Source: a virus (Duplodnaviria; Heunggongvirae; Uroviricota; Caudoviricetes). From it: a DNA stretch of 38,772 nt. The stretch lies in IMG/VR virus record IMGVR_UViG_2681813004_000022, one strand, 5' to 3'. The notes beneath the pieces are model-generated. The model was given only the letters and a program-made list of their open reading frames with translations, had not been told where the DNA came from and did not search any database. Positions 9,524-19,263 of this stretch are shown here, one piece after another; the stretch's first letter is position 1, and each line of letters opens with the position of its first letter. The position numbers were made by a program, and so were the translations under genes.

Positions 9524-10591
9524 ATGAAGCGGCTAACTGAAGAACAAATTGAACATTCTTTGATCAGAGCAAGGAAGATTGCGAAGCGGGAGTCAAGAAA
9601 GCTTTCTGGTGGAAGACGGATGCTACAGCCCATGCGGGTATTCTCTCGTGTGAGAATACCCGCGCCTGCGTCATTGGACTTATTTAATACTAAAAATTAC
9701 AAACTATTTATAGAGTTTATCACTTTAATCAGAGATTACATCAATGATGGTGAGAAAATTTTAATAGATTTCAGAAATACAAAATCTCTGAAAGCATGTG
9801 CAGTAATCGTATTGTATGCACATATTGACTTTTTACAAAGGCAAACAAAAGATAAAAATATAATTTCTATTACTACGTGCGGTTCATCCAGGGCAAATAA
9901 CTGGTTTAAAATATGTGGTATTTGGGGGATTACAGGGTTTCAGCGTATAGCTGCAGATAAGCTTAATTCAATGGAAATTGTTTCCGCTGTTGCAGGCAAA
10001 ACTAGAGATGATCATGAAAGTGCCGAAGCAAGACAAAAAATTAAAAATATTCTACGTTATATAAAAGATACCATTTATGAAGGTAAGATTTCCGCTTCGG
10101 ATGGTGTGAAATTATATGCAGCCTTAACTGAATCTATTAGCAATGTTGGTCTACATGCGTATTCAAATGAAGAACAGTTCTCTGAATTTATTGAGGACAT
10201 TGGTAAAAGATGGTGGATATTGGCACACAAAGTCGAAGAACAACTATTTTTGATGGTGTATGATATGGGAGAAGGTATCCCAGTTACATTGGTTAAAAAA
10301 GACTTTTTCACATTTATCGCTCAGATATTTAATCCTAAGACGGATTCTGATAAAATATTCGCGGCTGTACAGTATGGTGAGACAAGAATGAATAGTCAGA
10401 AGCATGGTAAAGGATTACCTGATATGAAAAGGTATGTTGTAGATAACCCTGAGGGGCAGTTACATATTTTTAGTGGAATGGGACGATATTCTTATGATGC
10501 TGAAAATAATGTTGAAGATAAATTTGATCTGCCATACTCCATAGGTGGAACCCTTATTCAATGGAATGTAAGTTTGAGAGGTGCTGAATGA
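9524..10591 (+). CDS. GHKL-type (histidine-kinase-like) ATPase / putative Ser kinase, cargo gene 1
   Basis: Bergerat-fold motifs in order: N-box ESISNVGLHAY, G1 YDMGEGIP, G2 HGKGLPD. About 170 aa of N-terminal extension. GAGGAAAGG RBS before ATG 9524. AT-rich. Confidence 0.65.
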   Translation: MKRLTEEQIEHSLIRARKIAKRESRKLSGGRRMLQPMRVFSRVRIPAPASLDLFNTKNYKLFIEFITLIRDYINDGEKILIDFRNTKSLKACAVIVLYAHIDFLQRQTKDKNIISITTCGSSRANNWFKICGIWGITGFQRIAADKLNSMEIVSAVAGKTRDDHESAEARQKIKNILRYIKDTIYEGKISASDGVKLYAALTESISNVGLHAYSNEEQFSEFIEDIGKRWWILAHKVEEQLFLMVYDMGEGIPVTLVKKDFFTFIAQIFNPKTDSDKIFAAVQYGETRMNSQKHGKGLPDMKRYVVDNPEGQLHIFSGMGRYSYDAENNVEDKFDLPYSIGGTLIQWNVSLRGAE

Positions 10592-10908
10592 AAATCAAAG
10601 AGATACATGTTGCTGAAGATTTTTCAGATGTTCCCTATGGCCGCTATGATGAGGATGGTCCTGATAATGGACAACGTTTCCGTGAAAAGTATCTTTTGAA
10701 AGCCATCCAAGATTATGATGAGGTGCACGTGTACCTTGATGGTGCTATGGGTTATGGTTCTTCATTCTTGGAAGAGGCGTTTGGTGGACTTTATAGAACA
10801 AATAATATAGATAAAGCTATAATTAGGAAAAAATTAAAAATATTTACTGATTTGGATTTCCTCAAGGATAGTATATGGGGATATATTTCTGATGCTAAAA
10901 AGGAGTGA
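10588..10908 (+). CDS. Small STAS-like protein (anti-sigma-antagonist-like), cargo gene 2
   Basis: 106 aa; VHVYLDGAMGYGSSFLEEAFGGL resembles the STAS core, and I recall the DUF4325 STAS-like family having a conserved SFL motif. ATGA overlap with gene 1. Confidence 0.55.
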   Translation: MKIKEIHVAEDFSDVPYGRYDEDGPDNGQRFREKYLLKAIQDYDEVHVYLDGAMGYGSSFLEEAFGGLYRTNNIDKAIIRKKLKIFTDLDFLKDSIWGYISDAKKE

Positions 10909-11402
10909 TGTTCATGGATGAACTTCCGGTTTATCTGCGGTTATTACAATACCTTGCTAGTTCAGGTGTGATTGCAATTCTAACAGCCTTGATTGGTTGG
11001 GTTTTTGTTTATAGAAACTCCCGTGCGTTGCAAAAGAGGAGTGAAACATGGGCAATTGTAAAAAATGTTTCAGATAATTTAAAGGAAATTGAATCTGCAT
11101 CAAGAAAGTTTTGGATACCGGGAGATTCAAAAGAAATTGATGCAATGTCATTTCAAAATGAGATAACAGCACTTCTTGCGGAGACCGAGCGGTGGTTGAA
11201 TCATCTAAAACAACGCATTAATATCGAAGGTGACTATAAACCTTTGATTGCTGATTTATTCAAAGATGCTACATCTAATATTGAAAAAGCACAGGAGTAT
11301 GATAAAAGTCAAAGGACAAGAATTAGTGTATTAGTGTCAAAAAGGGCGAAAATAATTAAATCTCTAATTGATGAGTCTTATCAGAAAAAATTCTTAAAGT
11401 GA
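10905..11402 (+). CDS. Single-pass membrane protein with helical C-terminal domain, cargo gene 3
   Basis: 165 aa; hydrophobic helix LRLLQYLASSGVIAILTALIGWVFV near the N-terminus, charged helical remainder; start overlaps gene 2 stop. Confidence 0.6.
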   Translation: MMFMDELPVYLRLLQYLASSGVIAILTALIGWVFVYRNSRALQKRSETWAIVKNVSDNLKEIESASRKFWIPGDSKEIDAMSFQNEITALLAETERWLNHLKQRINIEGDYKPLIADLFKDATSNIEKAQEYDKSQRTRISVLVSKRAKIIKSLIDESYQKKFLK

Positions 11403-11410
11403 TAATTTGT

Positions 11411-11439
11411 TACGGCACGGTAGTGCCGTAGTTTTTTTT
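11411..11439 (+). terminator. Intrinsic terminator closing the cargo operon
   Basis: ACGGCAC-GGTA-GTGCCGT hairpin followed by eight T residues, 9 nt after the gene 3 stop. Confidence 0.6.
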
Positions 11440-11487
11440 CTTATTATGTGTTGAGCGATGGATGTCCTATTAAGTGATGTAAATGTA

Positions 11488-12516
11488 TCAGAATGAATAT
11501 ATTTCAAATTCTATTATTTTTTTATCAAGCCATTCATTTATCTCTCCTAAGCGCTTTTGTAATGGTATAAGTTCGTTTCGTACAAACACTTTACTTGCTT
11601 TCTCCACATCCCCAAACCCCCCAACATTATTCGGCATAATCCCCATCATTTGCGGCGGCACGCGGTGCGCTGCCATCATGTCATCCCGACTCACGTTCTT
11701 GATATTTAGAAACTCATCCTTCGCCGCAACTTCTGACAAAGGGATGATCTGAAGGCCGTCCTTTTTGCCGTTAGGCGAGTACATAAACAGGTTGCGGAAG
11801 TTACCCGGACCTTTGGCACTTTTCATTGCATTGCGGAGGTTGTTCACGTCCTCCTGGTTCTGCGCAGCATCGGTCATGTACATGATGAAGCCTGCATGAC
11901 TACCGTTAATGTAATACTTGCGGCGGAACAGCGTGGCAGACTCATTGAGCAGGGCGGACGGAATGGCAGAAAGATAGCCGGGCAGGCCGTAGATCTCCTG
12001 GTTAATGTCCGGTTCCATCAGATGAAAAATGCTGCCTTTCGTGAACTGATACGGCTGGGTTGTCATACCGTATTGCACAAACCAGTAGGTATCCAGGTCT
12101 AACCCGCGTCGGGTGTATTTTGCCAGAGCAGGCTCAAGGGCGATAACTTCACCGAAGCGGTTCGTGCGTTTCTCCAGGTAGGCGTTACCAAATACCAGAT
12201 AGTCCTGCACAAAACGTGAAAAAGCCTGCTGGCTGAGCAGCGGGTGAGGGATGTAGGTACTGGTCAGAATGTTGCATTTTACTGCAATCGGTGAGCTGTG
12301 ATGCACGGCAGCGCGGAAGGTTCGTGCCAGTCCGTCAAAGCTGACGGGCGGCTCATACCAGCGGTCCATCTGTACGCATTCCACATAGTCCAGCAGTTCA
12401 CGGCGGTCCAGAACAGGAACGGGATCGCCAAAGCTGAATGCTTCGGCTGAAGTCTGGCTTTTATGCTTGAGCTGATTCGTCGCCGCAGCGCGGTTTTTCT
12501 TACTCTTTCCCATCAA
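11488..12516 (-). CDS. Q: Portal protein (P2 gpQ-like)
   Basis: 342 aa (P2 Q is about 344), immediately downstream of P on the same strand. Confidence 0.9.
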   Translation of the reverse strand: MMGKSKKNRAAATNQLKHKSQTSAEAFSFGDPVPVLDRRELLDYVECVQMDRWYEPPVSFDGLARTFRAAVHHSSPIAVKCNILTSTYIPHPLLSQQAFSRFVQDYLVFGNAYLEKRTNRFGEVIALEPALAKYTRRGLDLDTYWFVQYGMTTQPYQFTKGSIFHLMEPDINQEIYGLPGYLSAIPSALLNESATLFRRKYYINGSHAGFIMYMTDAAQNQEDVNNLRNAMKSAKGPGNFRNLFMYSPNGKKDGLQIIPLSEVAAKDEFLNIKNVSRDDMMAAHRVPPQMMGIMPNNVGGFGDVEKASKVFVRNELIPLQKRLGEINEWLDKKIIEFEIYSF

Positions 12517-14279
12517 AAAATCTCCACAATATTGCTGGTATTGGCGGATTCGCCCTGCAGCGGTTCGTTAAACAGTGCGTGCATCGTTGCCCAGGCCAGA
12601 TCGGCGTGGCTGGCTTCTTCGCTACGGCTGGCTTCATAGGTCGGGCGGTTGCCGCTGGCGGTGGTGGCGCGACGGATTGCCATGAATGACTGCGCAATGT
12701 CGGTGTGCCCGGCGTCAAACTCCAGACGGCGGTGGCTGATAATGTCGTAGGCCTTGAGTACCAGGGCGTTTTTAACATTGGGGTTGTAGACAAACTCCCG
12801 GACGGCAGGAAAGAACGCTTTCACGTTCTCATAAACCCCGTGACCAACGCCGGTTGAGTCGATACCGATATAGGTCACGTTGTACTGTTCGGTGAGTTTT
12901 TTGATGGCGTCAGCCTGGGCGCGGAAGTCCATCCCGCGCCACTGGTGACGCTCAAGAATGCGGAACTTACCACCCGGCACGGCTGGCGGAGCCACCACCA
13001 CGCATCCGGCACTGTCGCCGTTCTGCGTACCTTTTGCCGGGTCATAACCGATCCACACTTCGCGCCAGCCAAACGGGCGCAGGGCCAGTGCATGAAAGTC
13101 GGTCCAGACTTCCCAGCTGTCCACCATGCACGCCTGCAGTTCGCTGAGCGGGAACACGGACGCGAGATCGTCCACGAACTCACACATCAGCAGATTCTGG
13201 TATTCGTCCGGGCTGTACTCCATGCGCAACTGGTCAAGGTCGAACAGGTTACATCCGCCGCGCACCGCATCTTCCACAGTGACTATCTGGCGGTACTGCC
13301 CGTCTGCGCACAGCAGGCCGGGGGCCAGATTGCTGTGGGACAGGTCGATGTCCACCTTATCGGCTTTGTTGCGTCCACGGTTGAACAGCGCACCGGACCA
13401 GAACGGATAAGCACTGTGGGTCAGGCTGGATGGCGTGGAAAAATAGGTTTGTCGCCATTTTTTGTGAATAGCCATCCCGGAAGCCACTTTGCGCAGCTCC
13501 TGGAATTTCGGTATCCAGAAATATTCATCCAGGTACAGGTTGCCGTGATAACTCTGGGCCGTGCGGGCATTGGTGCCGAGGAAGTAAAGCGTGGCTCCGT
13601 TAGGAAGCACCATCGGATCGCCTTTTAGCTCCACCTCGACTTCTTTGGCGAAGTCGATGATGTATTGTTTAAAGACGTGGGCCTGAGCCTTACTGGCAGA
13701 AAGGAAAATCTGGTTACGTCCGGTAAGCAGGGCGTCAATCAGGGCTTCACGGGCAAAATAGAAGGTCGCGCCGATCTGGCGTGACTTCAGCAGGTTGCGG
13801 ATGCGGTTGGTTTTTCCGGCTTCCCACCAGTGGCGCTGGTAGTTGAACATGGAGGAATGGAAGATTTCTTCCAGCTTCTCAATCTGCTCATCGGTGAAAA
13901 CATTCTTTTCCGGCTGACGGCGTGGGCCTTTATTGCGGTTGGCGACGTTAGGGTTTAAGTCGGCTTCGTTGCCGCCATTGTTAAACTTGCCGATCCGCGC
14001 GTGGCGCTCAGACTGGCGCGCCAGCAGGTCAATCTCTTTGAAATCTTTCCCTTCTTTGTGCTCCTTCATAATGAGCTGGCAGTAGCGTGCGGCGGTGGTG
14101 AGCTGCATCTGATCCAGCGGCCCATAGTCACCCCACTTGTCGCGTTTTTTCCAGCTGTGAACGGTTGCAACTTTCTCGCCCAGCATTTCAGCAATGCGGG
14201 CTACGCGGTATCCCTGAAAGTACAGCAGCATGGCCTGCCGACGGGGATCGAGATCTGCGGGTGTCAGTGTGGTGTTCAT
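12513..14279 (-). CDS. P: Terminase large (ATPase) subunit (P2 gpP-like)
   Basis: 588 aa (P2 P is about 590); divergent from O as in P2. Confidence 0.9.
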   Translation of the reverse strand: MNTTLTPADLDPRRQAMLLYFQGYRVARIAEMLGEKVATVHSWKKRDKWGDYGPLDQMQLTTAARYCQLIMKEHKEGKDFKEIDLLARQSERHARIGKFNNGGNEADLNPNVANRNKGPRRQPEKNVFTDEQIEKLEEIFHSSMFNYQRHWWEAGKTNRIRNLLKSRQIGATFYFAREALIDALLTGRNQIFLSASKAQAHVFKQYIIDFAKEVEVELKGDPMVLPNGATLYFLGTNARTAQSYHGNLYLDEYFWIPKFQELRKVASGMAIHKKWRQTYFSTPSSLTHSAYPFWSGALFNRGRNKADKVDIDLSHSNLAPGLLCADGQYRQIVTVEDAVRGGCNLFDLDQLRMEYSPDEYQNLLMCEFVDDLASVFPLSELQACMVDSWEVWTDFHALALRPFGWREVWIGYDPAKGTQNGDSAGCVVVAPPAVPGGKFRILERHQWRGMDFRAQADAIKKLTEQYNVTYIGIDSTGVGHGVYENVKAFFPAVREFVYNPNVKNALVLKAYDIISHRRLEFDAGHTDIAQSFMAIRRATTASGNRPTYEASRSEEASHADLAWATMHALFNEPLQGESANTSNIVEIF

Positions 14280-14325
14280 GGCACAAACCTACAGCCTTGA
14301 ATGACGGCTTTCCCCGCCTGCGGTT

Positions 14326-14343
14326 TGTGTGGTTGTCGGTACA
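14326..14343. promoter_or_regulatory. Candidate late-promoter activator site (TGT-N12-ACA dyad) in the P/O divergent region
   Basis: TGTGTGGTTGTCGGTACA; P2 late promoters carry a TGT-N12-ACA element bound by Ogr. Confidence 0.35.
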
Positions 14344-14421
14344 AATACCGCGCATTGTTTCACTGCCCCCATCACCGCAACCATAAGGCTCCAGTAAGTT
14401 TTTTCTAACGGAGCACGGCTC

Positions 14422-15255
14422 ATGACAGTGAAAGCAAAGCGTTTTCGCATCGGGGTGGAAGGTGCCACCACCGACGGACGCGAAATCCAGCGTGAATGGC
14501 TGGAACAGATGGCAGCCAGCTATAACCCGGCGGTGTATACCGCGCTGATTAACCTTGAGCACATCAAGTCTTATCTGCCGGACAGCACCTTTAACCGCTA
14601 CGGCAAGGTGACGGCGCTGTTTGCTGAAGAAATCACGGAAGGTCCGCTGGCAGGCAAGATGGCGCTGTATGCCGACGTTGAGCCAACGGAGTCCCTGGTG
14701 GAGCTGGTGAAAAAAGGCCAGAAATTATTCACCTCTATGGAAGTCAGCCCGAAGTTCGCTGATACGGGCAAAGCCTACCTGGTCGGCCTGGCTGCCACTG
14801 ATGACCCTGCCAGTCTGGGCACTGAAATGCTGACATTCAGCGCCAGTGCAGCCCATAACCCGCTGGCAAACCGCAAGCAGAATCCCGCCAATCTCTTTAC
14901 CGCCGCAGAGGAAACGGTGATCGAACTGGAAGAAGTCCAGGACGACAAACCGTCCCTGTTTGCCCGCGTCACGGCGCTGTTTACCAAAAAAGAGCAGTCC
15001 GATGACGCCCGGTTCTCTGATGTGCATAAGGCCGTGGAGCTGGTCGCCACTGAGCAGCAGAACCTGAGCGCACGCACCGAAAAATCCCTGTCTGAGCAGG
15101 AAGAACGTCTGTCTGAGCTGGAGACTGCCCTGCAGGCACAGCAGACCGCCTTTAACGAACTGGTGAATAAGCTGAGTCATGAAGACAGCCGCCAGGACTA
15201 CCGCCAGCGTGCAACAGGCGGTAACGCCCCCGCTGACACTCTGACCAATTGCTGA
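14422..15255 (+). CDS. O: Capsid scaffolding protein (P2 gpO-like)
   Basis: 277 aa, position and size as P2 O; coiled-coil-rich C-terminus. Confidence 0.85.
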   Translation: MTVKAKRFRIGVEGATTDGREIQREWLEQMAASYNPAVYTALINLEHIKSYLPDSTFNRYGKVTALFAEEITEGPLAGKMALYADVEPTESLVELVKKGQKLFTSMEVSPKFADTGKAYLVGLAATDDPASLGTEMLTFSASAAHNPLANRKQNPANLFTAAEETVIELEEVQDDKPSLFARVTALFTKKEQSDDARFSDVHKAVELVATEQQNLSARTEKSLSEQEERLSELETALQAQQTAFNELVNKLSHEDSRQDYRQRATGGNAPADTLTNC

Positions 15256-15271
15256 TGGAGCACAAAACCCG

Positions 15272-16330
15272 ATGAAGAAGAATACCCGCTTTGCTTTTAA
15301 CGCTTACCTGCAGCAGCTGGCGCGTCTGAACGGTGTGGCAGTTGAAGAACTGTCCAGCAAATTCACTGTGGAGCCGTCTGTGCAGCAGACGCTGGAGGAC
15401 CAGATCCAGCAGTCCGCCGCTTTCCTGACGCTGATTAACGTCACGCCAGTGACTGAGCAGTCCGGTCAGCTGCTGGGGCTGGGTGTTGGCAGCACCATTG
15501 CCGGAACCACTGACACCACCGCGAAAGAGCGTGAACCCGTCGATCCGACCCTGATGGTCGATGTGGAATATAAATGCGAGCAGACCAACTTTGACACGGT
15601 GCTGACCTACGCGAAGCTGGATCTGTGGGCGAAGTTTCAGGATTTCCAGGTGCGCATCCGTGACGCCATCGTGAAACGTCAGGCACTGGACCGCATCATG
15701 ATCGGCTTTAACGGCGTGAAGCGTGCGAAAACCTCCAACCGTAGCGAAAACCCGCTGCTGCAGGATGTGAACAAAGGCTGGCTGCAGAAAATCCGTGAGG
15801 ATGCACCGGATCACGTCATGGGCAGCACCACCACGGGCGGTGAGACCACTCCGGGTGCGGTGAAAGTCGGGAAAGGTGGCGAATATGCCAACCTGGACGC
15901 TGTGGTGATGGATGCCGTCAATGAGCTTATCGACGTGGTTTACCAGGACGATGACGATCTGGTGGTGATTTGCGGTCGTGAACTGTTGTCTGACAAGTAT
16001 TTCCCGCTGGTCAACAAAGAGCAGGAAAACAGTGAAAAACTGGCTGCCGATATGATCATCAGCCAGAAACGCATGGGTGGCCTGCAGGCCGTGCGTGCGC
16101 CGTTCTTCCCGCCGAATGCGCTGCTGATCACCCGTCTGGATAACCTGTCCATCTACTGGCAGGAAGACACCCGCCGCCGTTCAGTTATCGACAACCCGAA
16201 ACGTGACCGGATTGAAAACTTTGAATCCGTTAATGAAGCCTATGTGGTTGAGGACTACCGCTGCGCCGCACTGGTGGAAAACATCCAGATTGGTGATTTC
16301 AGCGCCGCCGCAGCCGAAACCGGAGCGTAA
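15272..16330 (+). CDS. N: Major capsid protein (P2 gpN-like)
   Basis: 352 aa (P2 N is about 357), follows O. Confidence 0.9.
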   Translation: MKKNTRFAFNAYLQQLARLNGVAVEELSSKFTVEPSVQQTLEDQIQQSAAFLTLINVTPVTEQSGQLLGLGVGSTIAGTTDTTAKEREPVDPTLMVDVEYKCEQTNFDTVLTYAKLDLWAKFQDFQVRIRDAIVKRQALDRIMIGFNGVKRAKTSNRSENPLLQDVNKGWLQKIREDAPDHVMGSTTTGGETTPGAVKVGKGGEYANLDAVVMDAVNELIDVVYQDDDDLVVICGRELLSDKYFPLVNKEQENSEKLAADMIISQKRMGGLQAVRAPFFPPNALLITRLDNLSIYWQEDTRRRSVIDNPKRDRIENFESVNEAYVVEDYRCAALVENIQIGDFSAAAAETGA

Positions 16331-16333
16331 TCC

Positions 16334-16984
16334 ATGAGCCTGAGTCCCGCACGGCAGCATCGCCTGCGCGTTCAGGCTGAACAGGCCGCCCGCGAGGGCG
16401 GCAGTGTTCGCCACGCATCGGGCTATGACCTGATGCTGCTGCAACTGGCGGAAGACCGCCGCCGTCTCAAGGGCGTTCAGTCCACGGTCAAAAAAGCGGA
16501 AATCAAGGTGGAGCTGCTGCCGAAGTACGCCGCCTGGGCAGAGGGTGTCCTGGCTGCCGGAGGCGCTCAACAGGATGACGTGCTGATGTACGTGATGCTG
16601 TGGCGCATTGATGCCGGAGATTATGCCGGGGCGCTGGAGATCGGGCGTCATGCCCTGCGTCATGGCTGGGTGATGCCGCTGGGTAACCGCAACGTGCAGA
16701 CCGTGCTGGCAGAGGAAATGGCAGACGCCGCGCAGAGCGCAATGCTTGCCGCCACCGGCTTTGATGCCGATCTGTTGTTGCAGACGCTGGAGCTGACAGA
16801 CGGTCTGGATATGCCGGACCAGTCACGGGCGCGTCTGCATAAAGCGATTGGCGCTGTCCTGAGTGAAAGCAATCCGGCTTCCGCCCTTAATCATCTCAAC
16901 CATGCGTTACAGCTTGATCCCCGCTGTGGCGTGAAAAAAGACAAACAGCAGCTGGAGCGCAGACTGCGCAATGACAGCCGCTGA
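16334..16984 (+). CDS. M: Terminase small/endonuclease subunit (P2 gpM-like)
   Basis: 216 aa, follows N. Confidence 0.8.
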   Translation: MSLSPARQHRLRVQAEQAAREGGSVRHASGYDLMLLQLAEDRRRLKGVQSTVKKAEIKVELLPKYAAWAEGVLAAGGAQQDDVLMYVMLWRIDAGDYAGALEIGRHALRHGWVMPLGNRNVQTVLAEEMADAAQSAMLAATGFDADLLLQTLELTDGLDMPDQSRARLHKAIGAVLSESNPASALNHLNHALQLDPRCGVKKDKQQLERRLRNDSR

Positions 16985-17079
16985 CAGAACGTGCCCCCGC
17001 GCACGGGCGGCACGGGGTGGCGAAAGGCACTGCCACATCAAAACCCCGTCCACCGCCCTCTATTTCAGGAGAAAGCAGC

Positions 17080-17544
17080 ATGAAGTTTGTTGCGCCAGAA
17101 CAGGCACCGGAACAGGCGGAAATCATCAGAAATACGCCGTTCTGGCCTGATGTGGACCTGTCGGAGTTTCGCAGTGTCATGCGCACTGACGGCACGGTGA
17201 CGCAGCCGCGTTTAAAGCAGGTTGCGCTGTCGGCAATTTCGGAGGTCAACGCAGAGCTGTATGAGTTTCGCAGACGTCAGCAGATGCTGGGGTATGTGTC
17301 GCTGGCTGAGGTTCCGGCGGAACAGCTGGACGGCAAAAGTGAGCGCATTCAGCACTATTTCAACGCGGTTTACTGCTGGGCACGCGCCATGCTCAACGAA
17401 CGATACCAGGACTATGACGCCACGGCATCCGGTGTGAAGCGAGGCGAGGAACTGGCGGAATCCAGCGGTGATTTGTGGCGTGACGCCCGCTGGGCCATCA
17501 GCCGGGTGCAGGATGCGCCGCACTGCACAGTGGAGCTTATCTGA
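17080..17544 (+). CDS. L: Head completion/stabilisation protein (P2 gpL-like)
   Basis: Start ATG 17080 with AGGAGA RBS; synteny. Confidence 0.8.
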   Translation: MKFVAPEQAPEQAEIIRNTPFWPDVDLSEFRSVMRTDGTVTQPRLKQVALSAISEVNAELYEFRRRQQMLGYVSLAEVPAEQLDGKSERIQHYFNAVYCWARAMLNERYQDYDATASGVKRGEELAESSGDLWRDARWAISRVQDAPHCTVELI

Positions 17545-17747
17545 TGAAAGTGCATGCGCATCAGTATGACACGGTGGACGCGCTTTGCTGGCGTCATTAC
17601 GGGCGCACGCAGGGTGTCACGGAGCAGGTACTGAAGGCAAATCCGGGGCTTGCCGAATATGGCCCCTTTTTACCTCACGGGCTGCAGGTGGAGCTGCCGG
17701 ACATTCCGACCACCACCACCGTGCAGACCGTCCAGCTATGGGACTGA
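17544..17747 (+). CDS. X: Tail protein X
   Basis: 67 aa, same size and position as P2 X. Confidence 0.75.
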   Translation: MKVHAHQYDTVDALCWRHYGRTQGVTEQVLKANPGLAEYGPFLPHGLQVELPDIPTTTTVQTVQLWD

Positions 17748-17750
17748 ATT

Positions 17751-17966
17751 ATGACGCTTGAGCGAATCAGCGCCTTTATCACGTACTGCATCGCCGTTGT
17801 GCTGGCCTGGCTGGGCGATTTGTCCATCAAGGATGCCTCAACGCTGGGCGGCCTGATGATTGGTGTGCTGATGCTGGCTATCAACTGGTACTACAAACAC
17901 AAAGCCTACCAGCTTCTGCGCGACGGGCAGATCTCGCGGGAGGACTATGAATCCATCAATCGTTAA
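17751..17966 (+). CDS. Putative holin
   Basis: 71 aa with hydrophobic helices, immediately upstream of the endolysin (P2 Y position). Confidence 0.6.
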   Translation: MTLERISAFITYCIAVVLAWLGDLSIKDASTLGGLMIGVLMLAINWYYKHKAYQLLRDGQISREDYESINR

Positions 17967-18459
17967 ACGCTGCCTTGTCGGGGCCGTGCTGGCTATTGCT
18001 GCCACGCTGCCGGGGTTTCAGCAGCTTCACACCTCCGTGGAGGGGCTGAAACTGATTGCCGATTACGAAGGCTGTCGTCTGCAGCCGTATCAGTGCAGCG
18101 CGGGCGTCTGGACCGACGGCATTGGTAACACGTCAGGCGTCATTCCCGGCAAAACCATTACGGAACGACAGGCAGCAGAAGGACTGATTTCCAACGTGCT
18201 GCGTGTGGAGCGGGCGCTGGAAAGGTGTGTGAAACAACAGCCGCCGCAGAAGGTATATGACGCTGCGGTGTCGTTTGCCTTCAACGTGGGAACGGGCAAT
18301 GCCTGCAGTTCCACGCTGGTGAAATTACTCAATCAGCGGCGCTGGGCGGATGCGTGCCGACAGTTGCCGCGCTGGGTTTATGTGAAAGGTGTGTTTAATC
18401 AGGGGCTGGATAACCGCCGTGCGCGGGAGATGGCCTGGTGTTTACAGGGAGCAAACTGA
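17947..18459 (+). CDS. K: Endolysin, lysozyme (P2 gpK-like)
   Basis: 170 aa; EGLKLIADYEGCRLQPYQCSAGVWTDGIGNT resembles the phage lysozyme catalytic region; GGAGG RBS. Confidence 0.85.
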   Translation: MNPSIVKRCLVGAVLAIAATLPGFQQLHTSVEGLKLIADYEGCRLQPYQCSAGVWTDGIGNTSGVIPGKTITERQAAEGLISNVLRVERALERCVKQQPPQKVYDAAVSFAFNVGTGNACSSTLVKLLNQRRWADACRQLPRWVYVKGVFNQGLDNRRAREMAWCLQGAN

Positions 18460-18460
18460 A

Positions 18461-18838
18461 ATGAAAAAGAAATTAATCAGCGGGCTGTTTCTGATGTTAT
18501 GGATGGCGCTGTTAATCGCAGCAATGGTGTATCCCCAGGGGATTTTTCCGGTACTGGCAGCGTCCGGCGTTTGGGTAGCCTGTTTACTGACATGGGCGGT
18601 AATTCCGGTAGCACTGGCTGCGTTAATTAAGAATGGCCCGCTCTGGCAGGAGTTGAGGGCATCTTTGCTGAAGACCATTACCCGAAAAGAAAACGTATTT
18701 ATCAGCTGGGTGATGCGATTGCTGATTGTCGTAAGTCTCGCCTGGACGGGGTGGGCTATTACCCTGGTCTTTTATCTACTGACCGTTATTGCCTTCTGGA
18801 TCACCCGTAATCAGATGGCGCAACAGGTAGCAGCATGA
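18461..18838 (+). CDS. lysA: LysA-like membrane protein
   Basis: Multi-helix hydrophobic protein after the endolysin, as P2 lysA. Confidence 0.6.
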   Translation: MKKKLISGLFLMLWMALLIAAMVYPQGIFPVLAASGVWVACLLTWAVIPVALAALIKNGPLWQELRASLLKTITRKENVFISWVMRLLIVVSLAWTGWAITLVFYLLTVIAFWITRNQMAQQVAA

Positions 18839-19263
18839 ACCGGTTGCTGCTGGTTATGCTGGCGTTATTACTGGCGGCGCTGGGCTGGCAGACGTGGCGG
18901 CTGGCTGATGCCAGCCAGACCATCAGCACGCAGGCAGACGAGCTGCAGAGCAAAAGCCAGGCACTGGCAAAGAGCAACAGCCAGCTTATCAGCCTGTCCA
19001 TTCTGACTGAAACCAACAACCGGGAGCAGGCGCGGCTCTACGCCGAAGCAGAACAGACCAGCGCGCTGCTGAGACAACGACAACACCGGATTGAGGAACT
19101 GAAACGTGAGAACGAGGATTTACGCCGCTGGGCTGATACTCCTTTGCCTGCTGACATTATCCGGCTGCGGGAACGTCCGGCACTCACCGGAGGTGCCGCT
19201 TACCGTCAGTGGTTGTCCGCGAGTGACGCCGTGTCGGCTGGATCAGACAGCGCCGCGCACTAA
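18835..19263 (+). CDS. lysB: LysB (Rz-like i-spanin)
   Basis: 142 aa, N-terminal TM helix then coiled coil; P2 lysB position. Confidence 0.65.
   Translation: MNRLLLVMLALLLAALGWQTWRLADASQTISTQADELQSKSQALAKSNSQLISLSILTETNNREQARLYAEAEQTSALLRQRQHRIEELKRENEDLRRWADTPLPADIIRLRERPALTGGAAYRQWLSASDAVSAGSDSAAH

Noticed and set aside
9524-11402. Assignment of the three-gene operon to Detocs or another known two-component-like defence system
   Set aside because: No Hpt or receiver domain is recognisable; the second gene looks STAS-like and the third is a small membrane protein, so the composition does not match.
15152-15814. 220-aa minus-strand ORF overlapping the O/N boundary
   Set aside because: Antisense to the scaffold and capsid genes; no independent support.
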